From Mobula birostris (Eukaryota), in assembly GCF_030028105.1 (NCBI RefSeq), contig NC_092374.1, positions 201,577,577 through 201,641,576 of the forward strand: a stretch of 64,000 bases of DNA, read 5' to 3'. Positions within the stretch are counted from its first letter, which is position 1. Every line of letters begins with the position of its first letter. The position numbers were made by a program, and so were the translations under genes. This document shows, piece by piece, positions 37,290 through 50,501 of this stretch. The notes under the pieces were generated by a model, which ran no database searches, was not told where the DNA came from, and worked only from the letters and a program-made list of their open reading frames with translations.

Positions 37290-39190
37290 GAAAACATAGA
37301 ACATAGAAAATCTATAGCACAATACAGGCCCTTCGGCCCACAAAGCTGTGCCGAACATGTCCTTGCCTTAGAAATTACTAGGCTTACCCTTAGGGCTCTA
37401 TTTTTCTAAGCTCCATGTCCCTGTCCAGGAGACTCTTAAAAGACCCTATCATATCCGCCTCCACCACCGTCACCGGCAGACCATTCCACACACTCACCAC
37501 TCTCTGTATAAAAATCTTACCCCTGACATCTCCTCTGTACCTATTTCCAAGCACCTTAAAACTGTGCCCTCACATGCTAGCCATTTCAGCCCTGGGAAAA
37601 AGGCCACTGACTATCAACACAATCAGTACCTTTCATCATCTTATGCATCTCTATCAGGTCACTTCTCACCCTCCGTCGCTCCAAGGTAAAAATACGGAGT
37701 TCACTCAACCTATTCTCATAAGGCATGCTCCCCAATCCAGGCAACATACTTGTAAATCTCCTCTGCACCCTTTCTATGGTTTCCACATCCTTCCTGTAGT
37801 GAGGCGACCAGAATTGAAAACAGTACTCCAAGTGGGGTCTGACCAGGGTCCTATATAGCTGCAACAATATCTCTCGGCTCCTAAACTCAATCCTACAATT
37901 GATGAAGGCCAATGCACTGTATGCTTTCTTAACCACAGAGTCAACCTGCACAGCAGCTTCGAGTGTCCTATGGACTCGGACCCCAAGATCCCTCTGATGC
38001 TCCACACTGCCAAGAGTCTTACCATTAATACTGTATTCTGTCATCATATTTGACCTACCAAAATGAACCACCTCACACTTATCTGGGTTGAACTCCATCT
38101 GTCACTTCTCAGCCCAGTTTCGCATCCTATCAATGTCCCGCTGTAACTTCTGACAGCCCTCCACACTATCCACAACATCTCCAACCTTTGTGTCATTAGC
38201 AAATTTACTTACCCATCCCTCCACTTCCTCATCCAGGTCTTTTATAAAAATCAGGAAGAGTAGGGGTCCCAGAACAGATCCGGAAATGGCGACCGACTTC
38301 CATGCAGAATAGGACCCATCTACAACCACTCTTTGCCTTCTGTGGTCAAGCCATTTCCCCTTGGATCCCCTGCCTCCTTACTTTCTCAATAAGTCTTGCA
38401 TGGGGTACTTTGTCAAACGCTCTACTGCTCTATTGTCATCAATGTGTTTGGTCACTTCCTCAAAAAATTCAATCAGACTCGTAAGGCACGACCTGCCTTT
38501 CACAAGGCCATGTTGACTATTGCTAATCATACTATGCCTCTCCAAATGTTCATAAATCCTGCCTCTCAGGATCTTCTCCATCAACTTACCAACCACTGAA
38601 GTAAGACTCACTGGTCTATAATTTCCTGGCCAATCTCCACTCCCTTTCTTGAATAATGGAACAACATCCGCAAACCACCAATCCTCCGGAACCTCTCCTA
38701 TCCCCAATGATGATGCAAAGATAATCACCAGAGGCTCAGGAATCTCCTCCCTCCCCTCCTAAAGTAGCCTGGGGTACACCTCGTCTGGTCCCGGTAACTT
38801 ACCCAACTTGATGCTTTCCAAAAGCTCCAGCCCATCCTCTTTCTTAATATCTACATGCTCAAGCTTTTCAGTCTGCTGTAAGTCATCCCTACAATCATCA
38901 AGATACTTTTCCGTATTGAATACTGAAGCAAAGTAACCTATTAATTACCTCTGCTATTTCCTCCGGTTCCATACACACTTTTCTACTGTCATACTTGATT
39001 GGTCCTATTTTCACACATCTTATCCTCTTGCTCTTCACATACTTGTGGAATACTTTGGGGTTTTCCTTTATCCTGCTCGCCAAGGCCTTCTCATGGCCCC
39101 TTTTGGTTTTTCTAATTTCATTCTTATACTCTTTGCTGCTAGCCTTATAATCAGCTAGATCTCTATCATTGTCTAGTTTTTTTTGAAGAC
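37290..39190 (-). mobile_element. Degenerate CR1 ORF2
   Basis: NYRPVSLTSVVGK, SQHG, KFANDTK, RPHLEYC; ttctatg-type tail at the low-coordinate end. Confidence 0.85.
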
Positions 39191-41229
39191 TTACATGGAT
39201 CCTACTGTGCAGCATTATTATTATTATTATTATATTTCTATTTGCACAGATTGTTTTCTTTTGCATATTTGATGTTTGCCAGTCTGTGTTTCTGTGTCGT
39301 CGGTATGTTGATGGTGGAGTTTTTTTACTGTTGAGAGGGACCAAGGGAAGTTGGGGTTGAGGCACAAAGCCGCCATGAGCTGGTGTAGAGGAAGAATAGA
39401 CACGAAGGGCTGAATTTACTCTACAGTGAGATGAACTGTTGCCGTATAAACATTTAAATTTAACCTTTGGCCGAATAGCTACCGTGTGTCGCAAACTACA
39501 TTCTGGCTTATCCCTCGACTCGATGTGATCCTCCAGATAACGTGGCGAAGGTGAGGACTGCATGGCTCTAGGGCTCGAAGTTAATATTTTCAATACATGG
39601 ACTCAGTGCAAAGTATGCTGTCACTCAGTAGTATTTCACTGCAGTTTTCGCAAGTGGTGCGGTTTGAAAGAAAAATAGCCGCTTCGTTAAAAAAAAAATA
39701 CAAAGAATGTACTGACGCAAACAGGTTATTGGCAATGCTGGCTGAAGGTTGAACGTCCAATGAAAGATGAGCAGAATTTGTTTGCTTATGAACTTGGGGT
39801 GATAGAGCCTGCCCTGTATCTGTGGTGTAAGTGATACGTATAGGACAAGCCGTTCGTTCTTGTTTCGCTGCGGACTATATCCCTGAGTATGTCCTTTGCG
39901 TCCTTTGCATATGAACACGGGTTCAACCGATCAGAGTAAAAGGGTAATGAATTTATAAATACAGCTGACACCAACATTCGCTGCTCGTGCCCCTATAAAA
40001 GGCATTCAACACTTGCATTCAAGACACTCAATATTATTTAACCATGAGTCTTGAAGAAGCGTCTCTGCCCGAAACGTCATTTCCATAAATGCTGCCTGAC
40101 CTGCCGATTTCATCTAGCAGTATGTGTTTAATGTCATTTTCAGCACACGAGTGTAAAGTAGAAAGAAATAATTGTTACTCCAAACCTAATACAGCTCGAA
40201 ATTTCGATGAATTTTGGCGACCTGGTAGCACAGCTGTTAGTACGACGGTATAAGGTTCAGGGCATCGGATTTCGGAGTCCCGGCGTCCTCTGTAGGGAGT
40301 CTGTACATCCTCACCGTGGAATGCATGGGATTTTTTTTCGGGTGCTCCGGTTTCTCCCCACAGTCCAATTTTACTGGTTAGTGAGTTAATTGATCATTGT
40401 AAATGATCCCATGATTAGGTTAGGGTTAAATCGAGAATTGCTGGGAGTTACTGTGTGGCGCAGCTCGAGATGCCGAAAGGGCCTTTTCCGCGCTGTATCT
40501 CTAAATAAATGAATACGATAAAGAGCACAATAACAACAATAATAATAATGCAATAAAACTTTATAAATGTATAAGGTGTCTTTTACACATGGATGGATTG
40601 TATGTCCATAGGGTGACGCTGGGCATAGGAGTGTATATACATAAGATGACTGACAGGAAATGATAAAGTAGTGGTGATTGGGGGTGTAGAAAGGTGGGTT
40701 CGTGGTGGAAGTGTTATTCAGCCTTACCGCTTGGAGAAAGTACCTGTTTTTGTGTCTGGTGGTCCTGGCGTGACGTAACCTCCTTCCAGGTAGGAGAGGG
40801 GCAAACGGTCCCTCAGCAGAGAGGGGGCGATCCTTCATTATGTTACCGGTACTTTTCGTGCATCTTTCTGAAGGTACGGTATATTCTTAGTGGTATATTC
40901 TTAGTGGCGGGTAGGGTGCTGACGGTGATGCGTTGGACAGTATTGACTACCCCTTGTGGGGCTTCCTGCCCGCCGCAGAGCAGTTTCCCTATCTAGCCGT
41001 GATGTAGCTTGTTATGATGTTCTCTTCAAGGACGTGAGTATAGATGTGCATAGTCCAGCTCGCTTCAGCCTCCTGAGAAAGTAAAAACGTTGGTAACATT
41101 TTCTGATTGTTTAGAATGACTCTGAAGATTGAAAATGTCTATTCAGCTCATTGAATCTGCAGCATCTCTTGGTGTAATCCCAGCAGAACCCTGTCCGAAA
41201 TTACTTCCTTGTAAACTGTTCACTTACAC

Positions 41230-41590
41230 ATGACACTTATCCTTGCAAACGGAGCAAATGCCATACCTGCCCCTACACCTCCACCCTCACTACTATTGAA
41301 GGCCCTAAACAGTGCGTCCAGCTGAGGCGACACCACGCGTGAGTCTTTTGGGGTCATTTACTGTATCGAGTGCTCCCAGTGTGGCCTCCTGTATATCGGT
41401 GCCACGCCATAGATTGCGAGGCCGCTGGAAGGGCACCTACGCTGCTTCCGGCAGAAAAAGCGGGATCTCCCGGTAGCCAACCCACTGCCGTGACGAGTCC
41501 ACTCTCACATTGGAGGAACAACATCTTATAATCCGTCTGGATAGCCTGCAGCCTGATGACATACACATCGATTTCTCCAAATTCCGGTAA
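41230..41590 (+). mobile_element. Penelope-like element GIY-YIG endonuclease remnant
   Basis: PCKRSKCHTCP...VIYCIECSQCGLLYIG...DLPVAN...LEEQHLIIRLDSLQP. Related remnants lie at about 1950-2210 and 32690-32915. Confidence 0.75.
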
Positions 41591-41704
41591 TTGCTCCCGC
41601 CCCCTCACCTTATCCCCCTTCCTGCCCATTACTTCCCTCTGGTGCTCCTCCTCCTTTTTCAGCAATGCTCCTCTCCTATCACATTCCCCCTTCTACAGCA
41701 ATTT

Positions 41705-43280
41705 ATAAGACCATAAGACACGGCAGCAGAATTAAGCCATTTGGCTCATCGAGTCTGCTCCACCATTCAATCATGGCTGATTCTTTCTTCCTCTCTTCAG
41801 CCCCACGCCTAGCCTTCTCCCTGCAAACTTTGATGCCTTGGCTAATTAAGAGGCTTTAGTCTCCGCCTTAAATACATCAATGACCCGGCTGCCTGTGGTA
41901 ACAAATTCCACAAACTTACTACCCTCTGGCTGAAGGGTTTTCTACGGATTTCTGTTTTAAAAGGAGGCTCCTCAGAATAGAGGCTGTGTCCTCTTGTCCT
42001 GGACTCCCCCACCATGGGGAACATCCTTTTCACATTCACTCTGTCTATGCTTTTCAACATTCGAATGAGATCCCGCCTCATCCTTCTGAATTCCAGCGAG
42101 TACAGACCCAGAGCCATCAAACGTTGCTCGTATGATAATCCTTTCATTCCTGGAATCATCCTTGTGAACCTCTTCTGAACCCTCTCCAATGCCAGCACAT
42201 CTTTTCTTAAATAAGGAGCCTAAAACTGTTCACTATACTCAAGGTGAGGTCTCACCAGTGTCTTATAATGCCCCAGCATCACATTCCTGCTGTAGTATTC
42301 TAGAACCCTTGAAACGAATGTTAACATTGCATTTCACGAGGAAATCTGCAGACGCTGGAAATTCAGGCAACATACATAGAAGTTGCCGGTGAACGCAGCA
42401 ACGGAGGGTCTCGGCCCGAAACGTCGACTGTACCTCTTCCTAGAGATGCTGCCTGGCCTGCTGCGTTCACCAGCAACTTTTATGTGTGTTGCTTAACTTT
42501 GCATTTGCCTACCTCGCCACCGACTCTACTGGAAGTTAGCCTTTAGATTGTTCTGCACAGGACTCCCAAGTTCCTTTGATCTCAGATTTTTCGATATTCT
42601 CCCTGTTTAAAAAATAGTCCGTCCATTGATTTCTACTCCAAAAGCGCAGGATCATGCATTTTCCAGCACTGTATTTCATTTGCCACTTTTTTGTCCATTG
42701 ACCTAATCCAGGTCCTTTGCTGACTATCTGTTTCCTCAACACTACCTGCCCCTCCATTAGTCTTTGTATCATCTGCAAACTTGGCAACAAAGTCTTTCAT
42801 TCCATCATCAAAGTCATTGGTATGGAGCATAAAAAGAAGCGATTCCGACCCCTGCGGAGCACCACTAGTCATTGGCAGCCAACCAGAAAAGTATCCTATA
42901 GTTTCCACTCACTGCTTCTTACCAATCAGCCAATGTTCTAACTAGGCCAGTAGTTTGCCTGTAATACCATGGACTCTTAACTTGGTAAGCAGCCTCATGT
43001 GTGGCACCTTGTCAAAGGCTTTTTGAAAGTCCAAATATACAACATCCACTGCATCCTCTTAATCTATCCTACTCGTAATCTCCTCAAAGAATTCCATCAA
43101 GTTCGTCAGGTCTGGTTTCCCTTAAGGACACTACGCTGATTTTGTCCTCTGTCACCAAGTACTCCATAGCCTCATGCTTAAAAATGACTCCAACATATTC
43201 CCAACTACTGAGGTCAGGCTAAATGGCCTATAATTTCTTTTCTACTGCCTCCCTCCTTTCTTAAAGAGTGGAGTGACATT
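41705..43280 (-). mobile_element. Degenerate CR1 ORF2 with a short interspersed element inserted at about 42335-42495
   Basis: KFADDTK and LERVQKRFTRMIPGM motifs. Confidence 0.8.
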
Positions 43281-44409
43281 CCTCACAACAGTATTTTTTT
43301 CGCCAATCGACTTCCCCGCTCTTTACTTCACCACCACCCTAACTCACAGTTTCACTTATCCACTATCTTGGACTTCTGCTCACCCCCCCCCCCCCCACCC
43401 CCGACCTTTTTACACTGACGTCTAAGCTCTTTATTCTAGTCAGGCAGAAGTGTCTGGACCCGAAGCGTCGACTATTTACTCTTTTCCATAATTGCTGCCT
43501 GTCTCGCTGAGTTCCTCCAGTATTTTCTGTATTACTTTGATTTCCAGTATCTGCAGATTTTCTCTTGCTTATGATTCGACTCTTACACATGTCTGACATT
43601 TCCACCCACCCCCGGCATTCCCACCAATTATAAATACTATGCAGAGTTTACAGTAAGCAATTAATCTAATAGGCAGCGTCCCTTTGCAATTTGGACGGAA
43701 ACTGACACATTCCAGGGAAACTCGGGCAGTCACAGCGGGAACGTGAAAATTTCAGACAGATAACATCCTAATCCAGGATTTATCCTAGGTTATTGTGAGG
43801 TAGCGCGGTAACTGCTATGTCCCCATGCCGCCGAATCTCTGGTTATATGATGTTCAGTGTTGGCGCTGTACGAGTTAGAATCATGGACTCTAAGATTTGC
43901 TAGGCTACAAGTTTGTCCAAGTTCACAACGGGATCTAACTGAATCAGGAAAGTGGGCCTGTTCGGACGAATGTGAAGTTTTGCAATTTGGTTAGTTAAAC
44001 CAGCGCAGGATTTACACAGTAAAGGTTGCGTTTTTGAGAGTATGATAGACAGGGTGTAAAGGTAAATACTTCTCCGAAAAGAGGCAACACAACTGCAGAG
44101 GGTGGCGAAGCTGGTGCTGCGCCCGCATTGAATGCCGGAGTTGCGAGGTCGGGTTAGAGAAGTACCCGTCGTTGGTGAAAAGCTCATTGCAGTATTGTAT
44201 GCGGTTCTGGTTACCACTCTATTCAGTTCGAGACGACGCAGAAAAGGTTCACGAGGATTTTATTCAGGCTGGGGGATTTCGAGAAGGGTCTCGAAAGGCT
44301 GCAACTTTTCTTCTCTGGACTGCAAGAGGCTGAGGGCGACTTTACAGTAGTATATCAAATCACTGTGGTGGGAGGTGAGAACATAGTATTTTTTACCTGA
44401 GTAAGCGAG

Positions 44410-44412
<3 letters not shown>

Positions 44413-44481
<69 letters not shown>

Positions 44482-44591
44482 TCACACACTCACACACACG
44501 CACAGACGCATACACACTCACACACACGCACGCACACACACATACACACACACAGACACTCAGACACACACACACACACACACACACACAC
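44413..44591. repeat. (CA)n microsatellite
   Basis: Read directly. Confidence 0.97.
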
Positions 44592-45141
44592 CGCTGAGGA
44601 TTGCAGTGAAACAGTTTACTCGGCCCTCAGCGAAACAAACTCAAGGCCACATCCATCTGGCTTTGACTGGGTCCGGGTCATGGTTCAGTCCAGATGGAAA
44701 ACACACAGAGAATTCTGCAATCTGATGTTTGAAAATAAATCCAAGTCCAAAGGCCTCTCGGGTTTTTAAGGCTGAAACCACCAAAGGCTCATAGAGAAAA
44801 TACAATGTTATCGAGAGCTTTGACAAATGCTGATTTATTTGGGGCGGCACAGAATGAAAGGTTTAACATGATAACATCCAGTTTGTTTCAGTATCATGGG
44901 CTCCGTGCCGGCCAGCGCTACCTAATTTTACAATATTCCTACCTCGGTTCCCCATACATTCTGGTTACCATTTTCTTACAGAGTCTGCCACTTCCTTTCA
45001 CAGTACCAGCGATTTACGGTTTGTTTTGCTGTTACAGCATCCAGGGAAAAGCCGGGAACGGACACAACTTTGCTGACTACGTTACTTTTGCCACACTTCT
45101 ATAAGAGGCGCTCATTCCCTTGATATTGTCATTTCGATATA

Positions 45142-45479
45142 CACTTGATGGCCATTTTATTTAGGCATCAACAGAGTGTCTGTTCCTTGTCACTGTCGCT
45201 GGACGTGTCTTGTTTTTCGCACCATTGTCTGTAAACGCTGGGGCCTGTTGTGCGTGAATATCCCAGGAGATCAGAATTTTCTAAATTATTCAAAGCACCC
45301 TGTCTGACACCAACATCCATTACGAAGTCAAAGTCACTTAGATCGCATTTCTTCCCCACTCTGCTGTCATATCCGAATAGCAATCGAACCTGTTCACCAT
45401 GTCTCGAAACTTTTGTTGCTTAGGTACTTACAAAAAGCAGCAGGTTTAGAGGTGTACCTAATAAAGTAGCCACTGAGTG
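45142..45479. mobile_element. Tc1/mariner-type non-autonomous element with terminal inverted repeats and TA duplication
   Basis: ta|cacttgatggccattttatttagg ... aggtgtacctaataaagtagccactgagtg|ta. Confidence 0.75.
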
Positions 45480-45574
45480 TAGATTCACAAAAACTCGACT
45501 CCCTCCGCTTTAAAGTGAAACGAAGGAGTTTTATTTTCATGACTGGAACTGTTGAATACCAGAAGCGGCTTGAG

Positions 45575-46380
45575 CGTAACTCCTTAAGTGGCAGACGGAG
45601 TTCAACCCAGATAAGTGTGAGGTAATTCATTTTGGTAGGTCAAATTTGATGGCAGACTATAGCACGAATGGTAAGACTCTTGGCAGTGTGGAGGATCAGA
45701 GGGATCTTGGGGCCCGAGTCCACAGAACACTCAAAACTGCTGCGCAGGTTGACTCTGTGGTTAAGAAAGCATATGGTGCATTAGACTTCATCAATCGTGG
45801 GATTGAGTTTAAGAGCTGAGAGGTAATGTTGCAGCTATATAGGACCCTGGTCAGACCCCACTTGGAGTACTGTGCTCAGTTCTGGTCGCCTCACTATAGG
45901 AAGGATGTGGAAGCTGTAGAAAGGGTGCAGAGGAGATATACAATGATGTTGCCTGGATTGGGGAGCATGCCTTACGAAAACAGGTTGAGTGAACTCGGCC
46001 TTTTCTCCGTGGAGCGACGGAGGATGAGAAGTGACCTGATAGAGGCGTACAAGATAATGAGATCGTGTGGCTAGTCAGAGGCTTTTTTTTTTTTCCAGAG
46101 CTGAAGTGGCTAGCACGAGAAGGCACAGTTTTAAGGTGCTTGGAAGTAGGTACAGAGGAGATGTCAGGGTGTAAGTTTTTTACGCAGAGAGTGGTGAGTG
46201 CGTGGAATGGGTAGCGGGGGCGACGGTGGAGGAGGCGGATACAATGGGGTCTTTTAAGAGACTCCTGGATGGATACATGGAGCTTAGAAAACTAGAGGGC
46301 TATGGGTAAGCCTAGGTAGTTCTAAGGTCAGGACATGTTCGGCACAGCTTTGTGCTGTAGGGTTTCTATGTTTCTATGTT
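45575..46380 (+). mobile_element. CR1 3' fragment
   Basis: RPHLEYCAQFWSPHYRKD; tail ttctatgtttctatgtt. Confidence 0.85.
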
Positions 46381-46912
46381 AACGTCAAGACTGCATTTGA
46401 TTGACTGTAAGAAAGAGGCGCTCCGAGGAAACTGACGAAAGGTGATCATCAAAGCGAAAGTCAGTCATGCCTTACCGAGACTTCCCGGAGGAGCATCACC
46501 TTGTCGTGGTGCAGTGGTCTGCGAGTTCCTGTATTCAGAGGGCACTGCCGTATGGATTTAGCCATCTAGCACTTAACTCCCAGTCGTGTTACCTAATGAA
46601 GAGGTTCCAGACAGCGAGCGATCAAGCCAAGAGCAGGTGGATCGGCAGCGAGGGTGGAGGAAGGCTGCAGGAGTGAAGGGTTCCCAGTCATCTTGCAACA
46701 CTTGCCAGCGGACCCCGAGGCCGATCTGTCAAGGGCAGTGTGGTGGTTGTCGGTGTATCAGACTCCTCACGTTAAACAAAGTCACGCTAAGCGTTCTTCA
46801 ATAGGGAATCCACCCTAACATCAGAATACGTGCATCCTGAATCAGTATCTCCAGCCAGGTGAGGAACCAGCAATGAGTCCTTTAGGAAAGTCATTCGCGA
46901 CTCGATTCATCG

Positions 46913-47235
46913 TACTACTACTACTACTACACCTACTACTACTACTACTACTACTACTATGACTACTACTTTCTAATACTACTACTATTACTACTGCTAC
47001 TACTACGTCTACTAGTAATACTCTTACTTCTACTACTAATACTAATACTATTATTACTACTGCAACTTCTACTACTGCTACCCTTACGACTATTATTACC
47101 ACGAATACTACTACTATTAATACTTCTCCTACTACTATTATTAATTATCCCTTTATTATTACTACTACCAATTCCATTACTATTATTACCACCAGTTCAT
47201 TTACTGCTATTACTACGTCCACTATTACTAATACA
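46913..47235. repeat. Degenerate (TAC/TAT)n trinucleotide repeat
   Basis: Pure (tac)n at the start, decaying to tat/act variants. Confidence 0.92.
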
Positions 47236-47344
47236 ACTGAAACCGTTATTTCCTGGGCGTCTCCACAGACGCGGATCGTTAGCCCCTCGCTGACAGCCAC
47301 CGGACTCAGCTATGAGAAAACCACTCCAGTCCGACGCTTTACCT

Positions 47345-48800
47345 CAAACCATAGAAACCATAGAAACTACAGCACAGAAACAGGCCTTTTGGTCCTTCTT
47401 GGCTGTACTGAACCATTTTCTGCCTAGTCCCACTGACCTGCACACGGACCATATCCCTCCATACACCTCCCATCCATGTATCTGTCCAATTTATTCTCAA
47501 ATGTTAAAAAAGAACCTGCATTTACCACCTCGTCTGGCAGCTCATTCCATACTCCCACCACTCTCTGTGTGAAGAAGCACCCCCTAATATTTCCTTTAAA
47601 CTTTCCCCCTTCACCCTTAACCCATGTCCTCTGGTTTTTTTCTCCCCTTGCCTCAGTGGAAAAAGCCTGCTTGCATTTACTTTATCTATACCCATCATAA
47701 TTTTATATACCTCTATCAAATCTCCCCTCATTCTTCTACGCTCCAGGGAATCAAGTCCTAACCTATTCAACCTTTCTCTGTAACTGAGTTTCTCAAGTCC
47801 CGACAACATCCTTGTAAACCTTCTCTGCACTCTTTCAACCTTATTTATATCCTTCCTGTAATTTGGTGACTAAAACTGAACACAATACTCCAGGTTCGGC
47901 CTCACCAATGCCTTATACAACCTCATCATAACATTCCAGCTCTTATACTCAATACTTTGATTAATAAAGGCCAATGTAACAAAAGCTCTCTTTACGACCT
48001 ATCTATTGTGACGCCACTTTTAGGGAATTTTGTATCTGTATTCCCAGATCCCTCTGTTCCACTGCACTCCTCAGTGCCTTACCATTAACCCTTTATGTTC
48101 TACCTTGGTTTGTCCTTCCAACGTGCAATACCTCACACTTGTCAGTATTAAACTCCATCTGCCACTTTTCAGCCCATTTTTCCAGCTGGTCCAAGTCCCT
48201 CTGTAGGCTCTGAAAACCTTCTTCACTGTCTACTACACCTCCAATCTTTGTATCATCAGCAAATTTGCTGATCCAATTTACCACATTATCATCCAGATCA
48301 TTGATATAGATGACAAATAACAATGGACCCAGCACTGATCCCTGTGGCACACCACTAGTCACAGGCCTTCACTCAGAGAAGCAATTCTCTACTACCACTC
48401 TTTGGCTTCTTCCATTGAACCAATGTCTAATCCAATTTACCACCTCTCCATGTATACCTAGCGACTGAATTTTCCTAACTAACCTCCCATGCGGGACCTC
48501 GTCAAAGGCCTTACTGAAGTCCATGTAGACAATATCCACTGCCTTCCCTTCATCCACTTTCCTAGTAACTTCCTCGAAAAACTCCAATAGATTGGTCAAA
48601 CATGACCTACCACGCACAAAGTCATGTTGACTCTCCCTAATAAGTCCCTGTCTATCCAAATGCTTGTAGATTCTGTCTCTTAGTACTCCCTCCAATAACT
48701 TGCCTACTACCGACGTTAAACTTACTGGCCTATAGTTTCCCGGATTACTTTTCGATCCTTTTTTAAACAACGGAACAACATGAGCCACTCTCCAATCTCC
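47345..48800 (-). mobile_element. CR1 ORF2 fragment (RT and 3' end)
   Basis: [26 protein letters not shown]. Confidence 0.88.
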
Positions 48801-48889
48801 AATGTCCAGTGTAGATATAACCAGGGTCTCACCAAACCCTGGAGTTTGGGATGTCTCGCATCTTGTGGGTCCATGGGACCGTAAGACCA

Positions 48890-49590
48890 AAAACCATTAG
48901 AGCAGAATTAGGCCATTTAGCACATCAAGTGTGCTCTCCCATTCCATCATGGCTGATCGCGGATCCCACTCAATCCCACACACCTGCCTTCTCGCCATAT
49001 CTTTTGATGCCCTGACCGATCAGGAAGCGATTAACTTCTGCCGTAAATATACGCATGGACATGGCCTCCACCGCAGCCTGTGGCAGAGCATTCCACAGAG
49101 TTACTACTCTCTGGCTAAAGCAACAAAAAAAAGTCCTCCTTACCTCCATTCTAAAGGGTGGACCCTCAATTTTGAGGTTGTGCCCTCTAGTTCTGGATAC
49201 CTCTGCCATAGGAAACATCCTCTTCACATCTATCCTATCAAGTCCTTTCAACATTCGGTAGGTTTCAATGAAACTCCCCCCGCCCCGCCGGCATTTTTCT
49301 AAATTCCAGTGTGTACAGGCACAAAGCTACCAAACTTTCCTCGCATGTTAACCCCTTCATTCCCGGAACCATCCTCGTGAACCTCCTCTGAAATCTCTCC
49401 CGTGAAAACACATGCTTTCTGAGACATGAGGCCCAATCCTGTTGACAATACTCTAAGTGCGGCCTGACTAGTACCTTATAAAGGCTCAGCATTATCTCCT
49501 TGCTTTTATATTCTATTCCCCTTGAAATAAATGCCAACGTTGCATTCGCCTTCTTTACCACAGACTCAGCCTGTAAGTTAATCTGGGAGT
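48890..49590 (-). mobile_element. CR1 3' fragment
   Basis: RPHLEYC and FTRMVPGMKG motifs; CR1 3' UTR. Confidence 0.8.
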
Positions 49591-50039
49591 CTTCATCTAG
49601 TCCATTTTAGGGGTTGTTATTGCGGGGAAAGATTTGGTGCCACATTGCAACCAATGCGGTGACCACTAATGAAAAGAAAAAATGGAGAATCATGCCTTTT
49701 ATACGCTGAGAATTTATGAACCCAGAAACACACAGACACCGGGTATAAAATGTATAAGAAAGAACAGTGTTTCCGTTGGTCAGTCCCTTCGGGAAGCTTT
49801 GCATTCTTAACCAGCTTATGGAGAGCGTGTAGGGTGGAGATTGGGGTGGGAAGGACATTCCCGATACGTGTCCTGCCCTGTTGACCTCTGACCTTCCAGT
49901 TAATTGGGATAGGGTTTGATTTACGCTTCTGCTAGACAGAGGCGCTGCTGCGGGTGATGTTCAAGGATCAGGCATGGATCTTGCGCACAGAGGTCAAGGT
50001 GAGGAGGAGAGAGAAAGACCACAAAAACCGTGGTTAAGT

Positions 50040-50501
50040 ATGGCATCCAAGGAGCAGGTGGAGAGCTTGGCCGAATATTTGAACTGTCCCTTCTGCAATG
50101 AGTTTTTCGACCAGCTCGTTATTCTGGACTGCGACCACAACTTCTGTCAAGCATGCATTCCATTGCACTGGGAGGGAGACGAAAGGAACCCCTGCCCCCA
50201 ATGTGGGTTTGCCGTCATCGAGAGCGGTCTGCGAGCCAACCGTGCGCTCGGCCATCTGGTGGACACTACGCGCAATCTCATCCTTCCTCGGGCCAGGAAG
50301 GAGCACTCGCCGGGTCCGCTACTGTTCGGACGACCGAGAAAAGCGGAGCCCAAGCTGTACTGTAAGGAGCACCATGAGCAACTGAAACTCTTCTGCGAGA
50401 CGGACAGGGAGCTGATCTGTGCGATGTGTCTGGACGGCAGGACAGGCGGCAACCACAGGCAACATGACTTCATGTGCCAAGAGGCGGTCGAAAAATACAA
50501 G
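50040..50501 (+). CDS. TRIM exon: RING + B-box
   Basis: MASKEQVESLAEYLNCPFC...CDHNFCQAC...CPQC; CKEH...FCETDRELICAMC...HRQH. Donor AAG|gtaaaa, phase 0. An in-frame ATG lies upstream at 49974 and an acceptor-like cttctgctag ends at 49935. Confidence 0.93.

Noticed and set aside
46842-47102. Poly-Val/poly-Ser hydrophobic ORF resembling a TM segment
   Set aside because: Artefact of the (TAC)n repeat, and on the wrong side of the Ig gene to be its TM exon.
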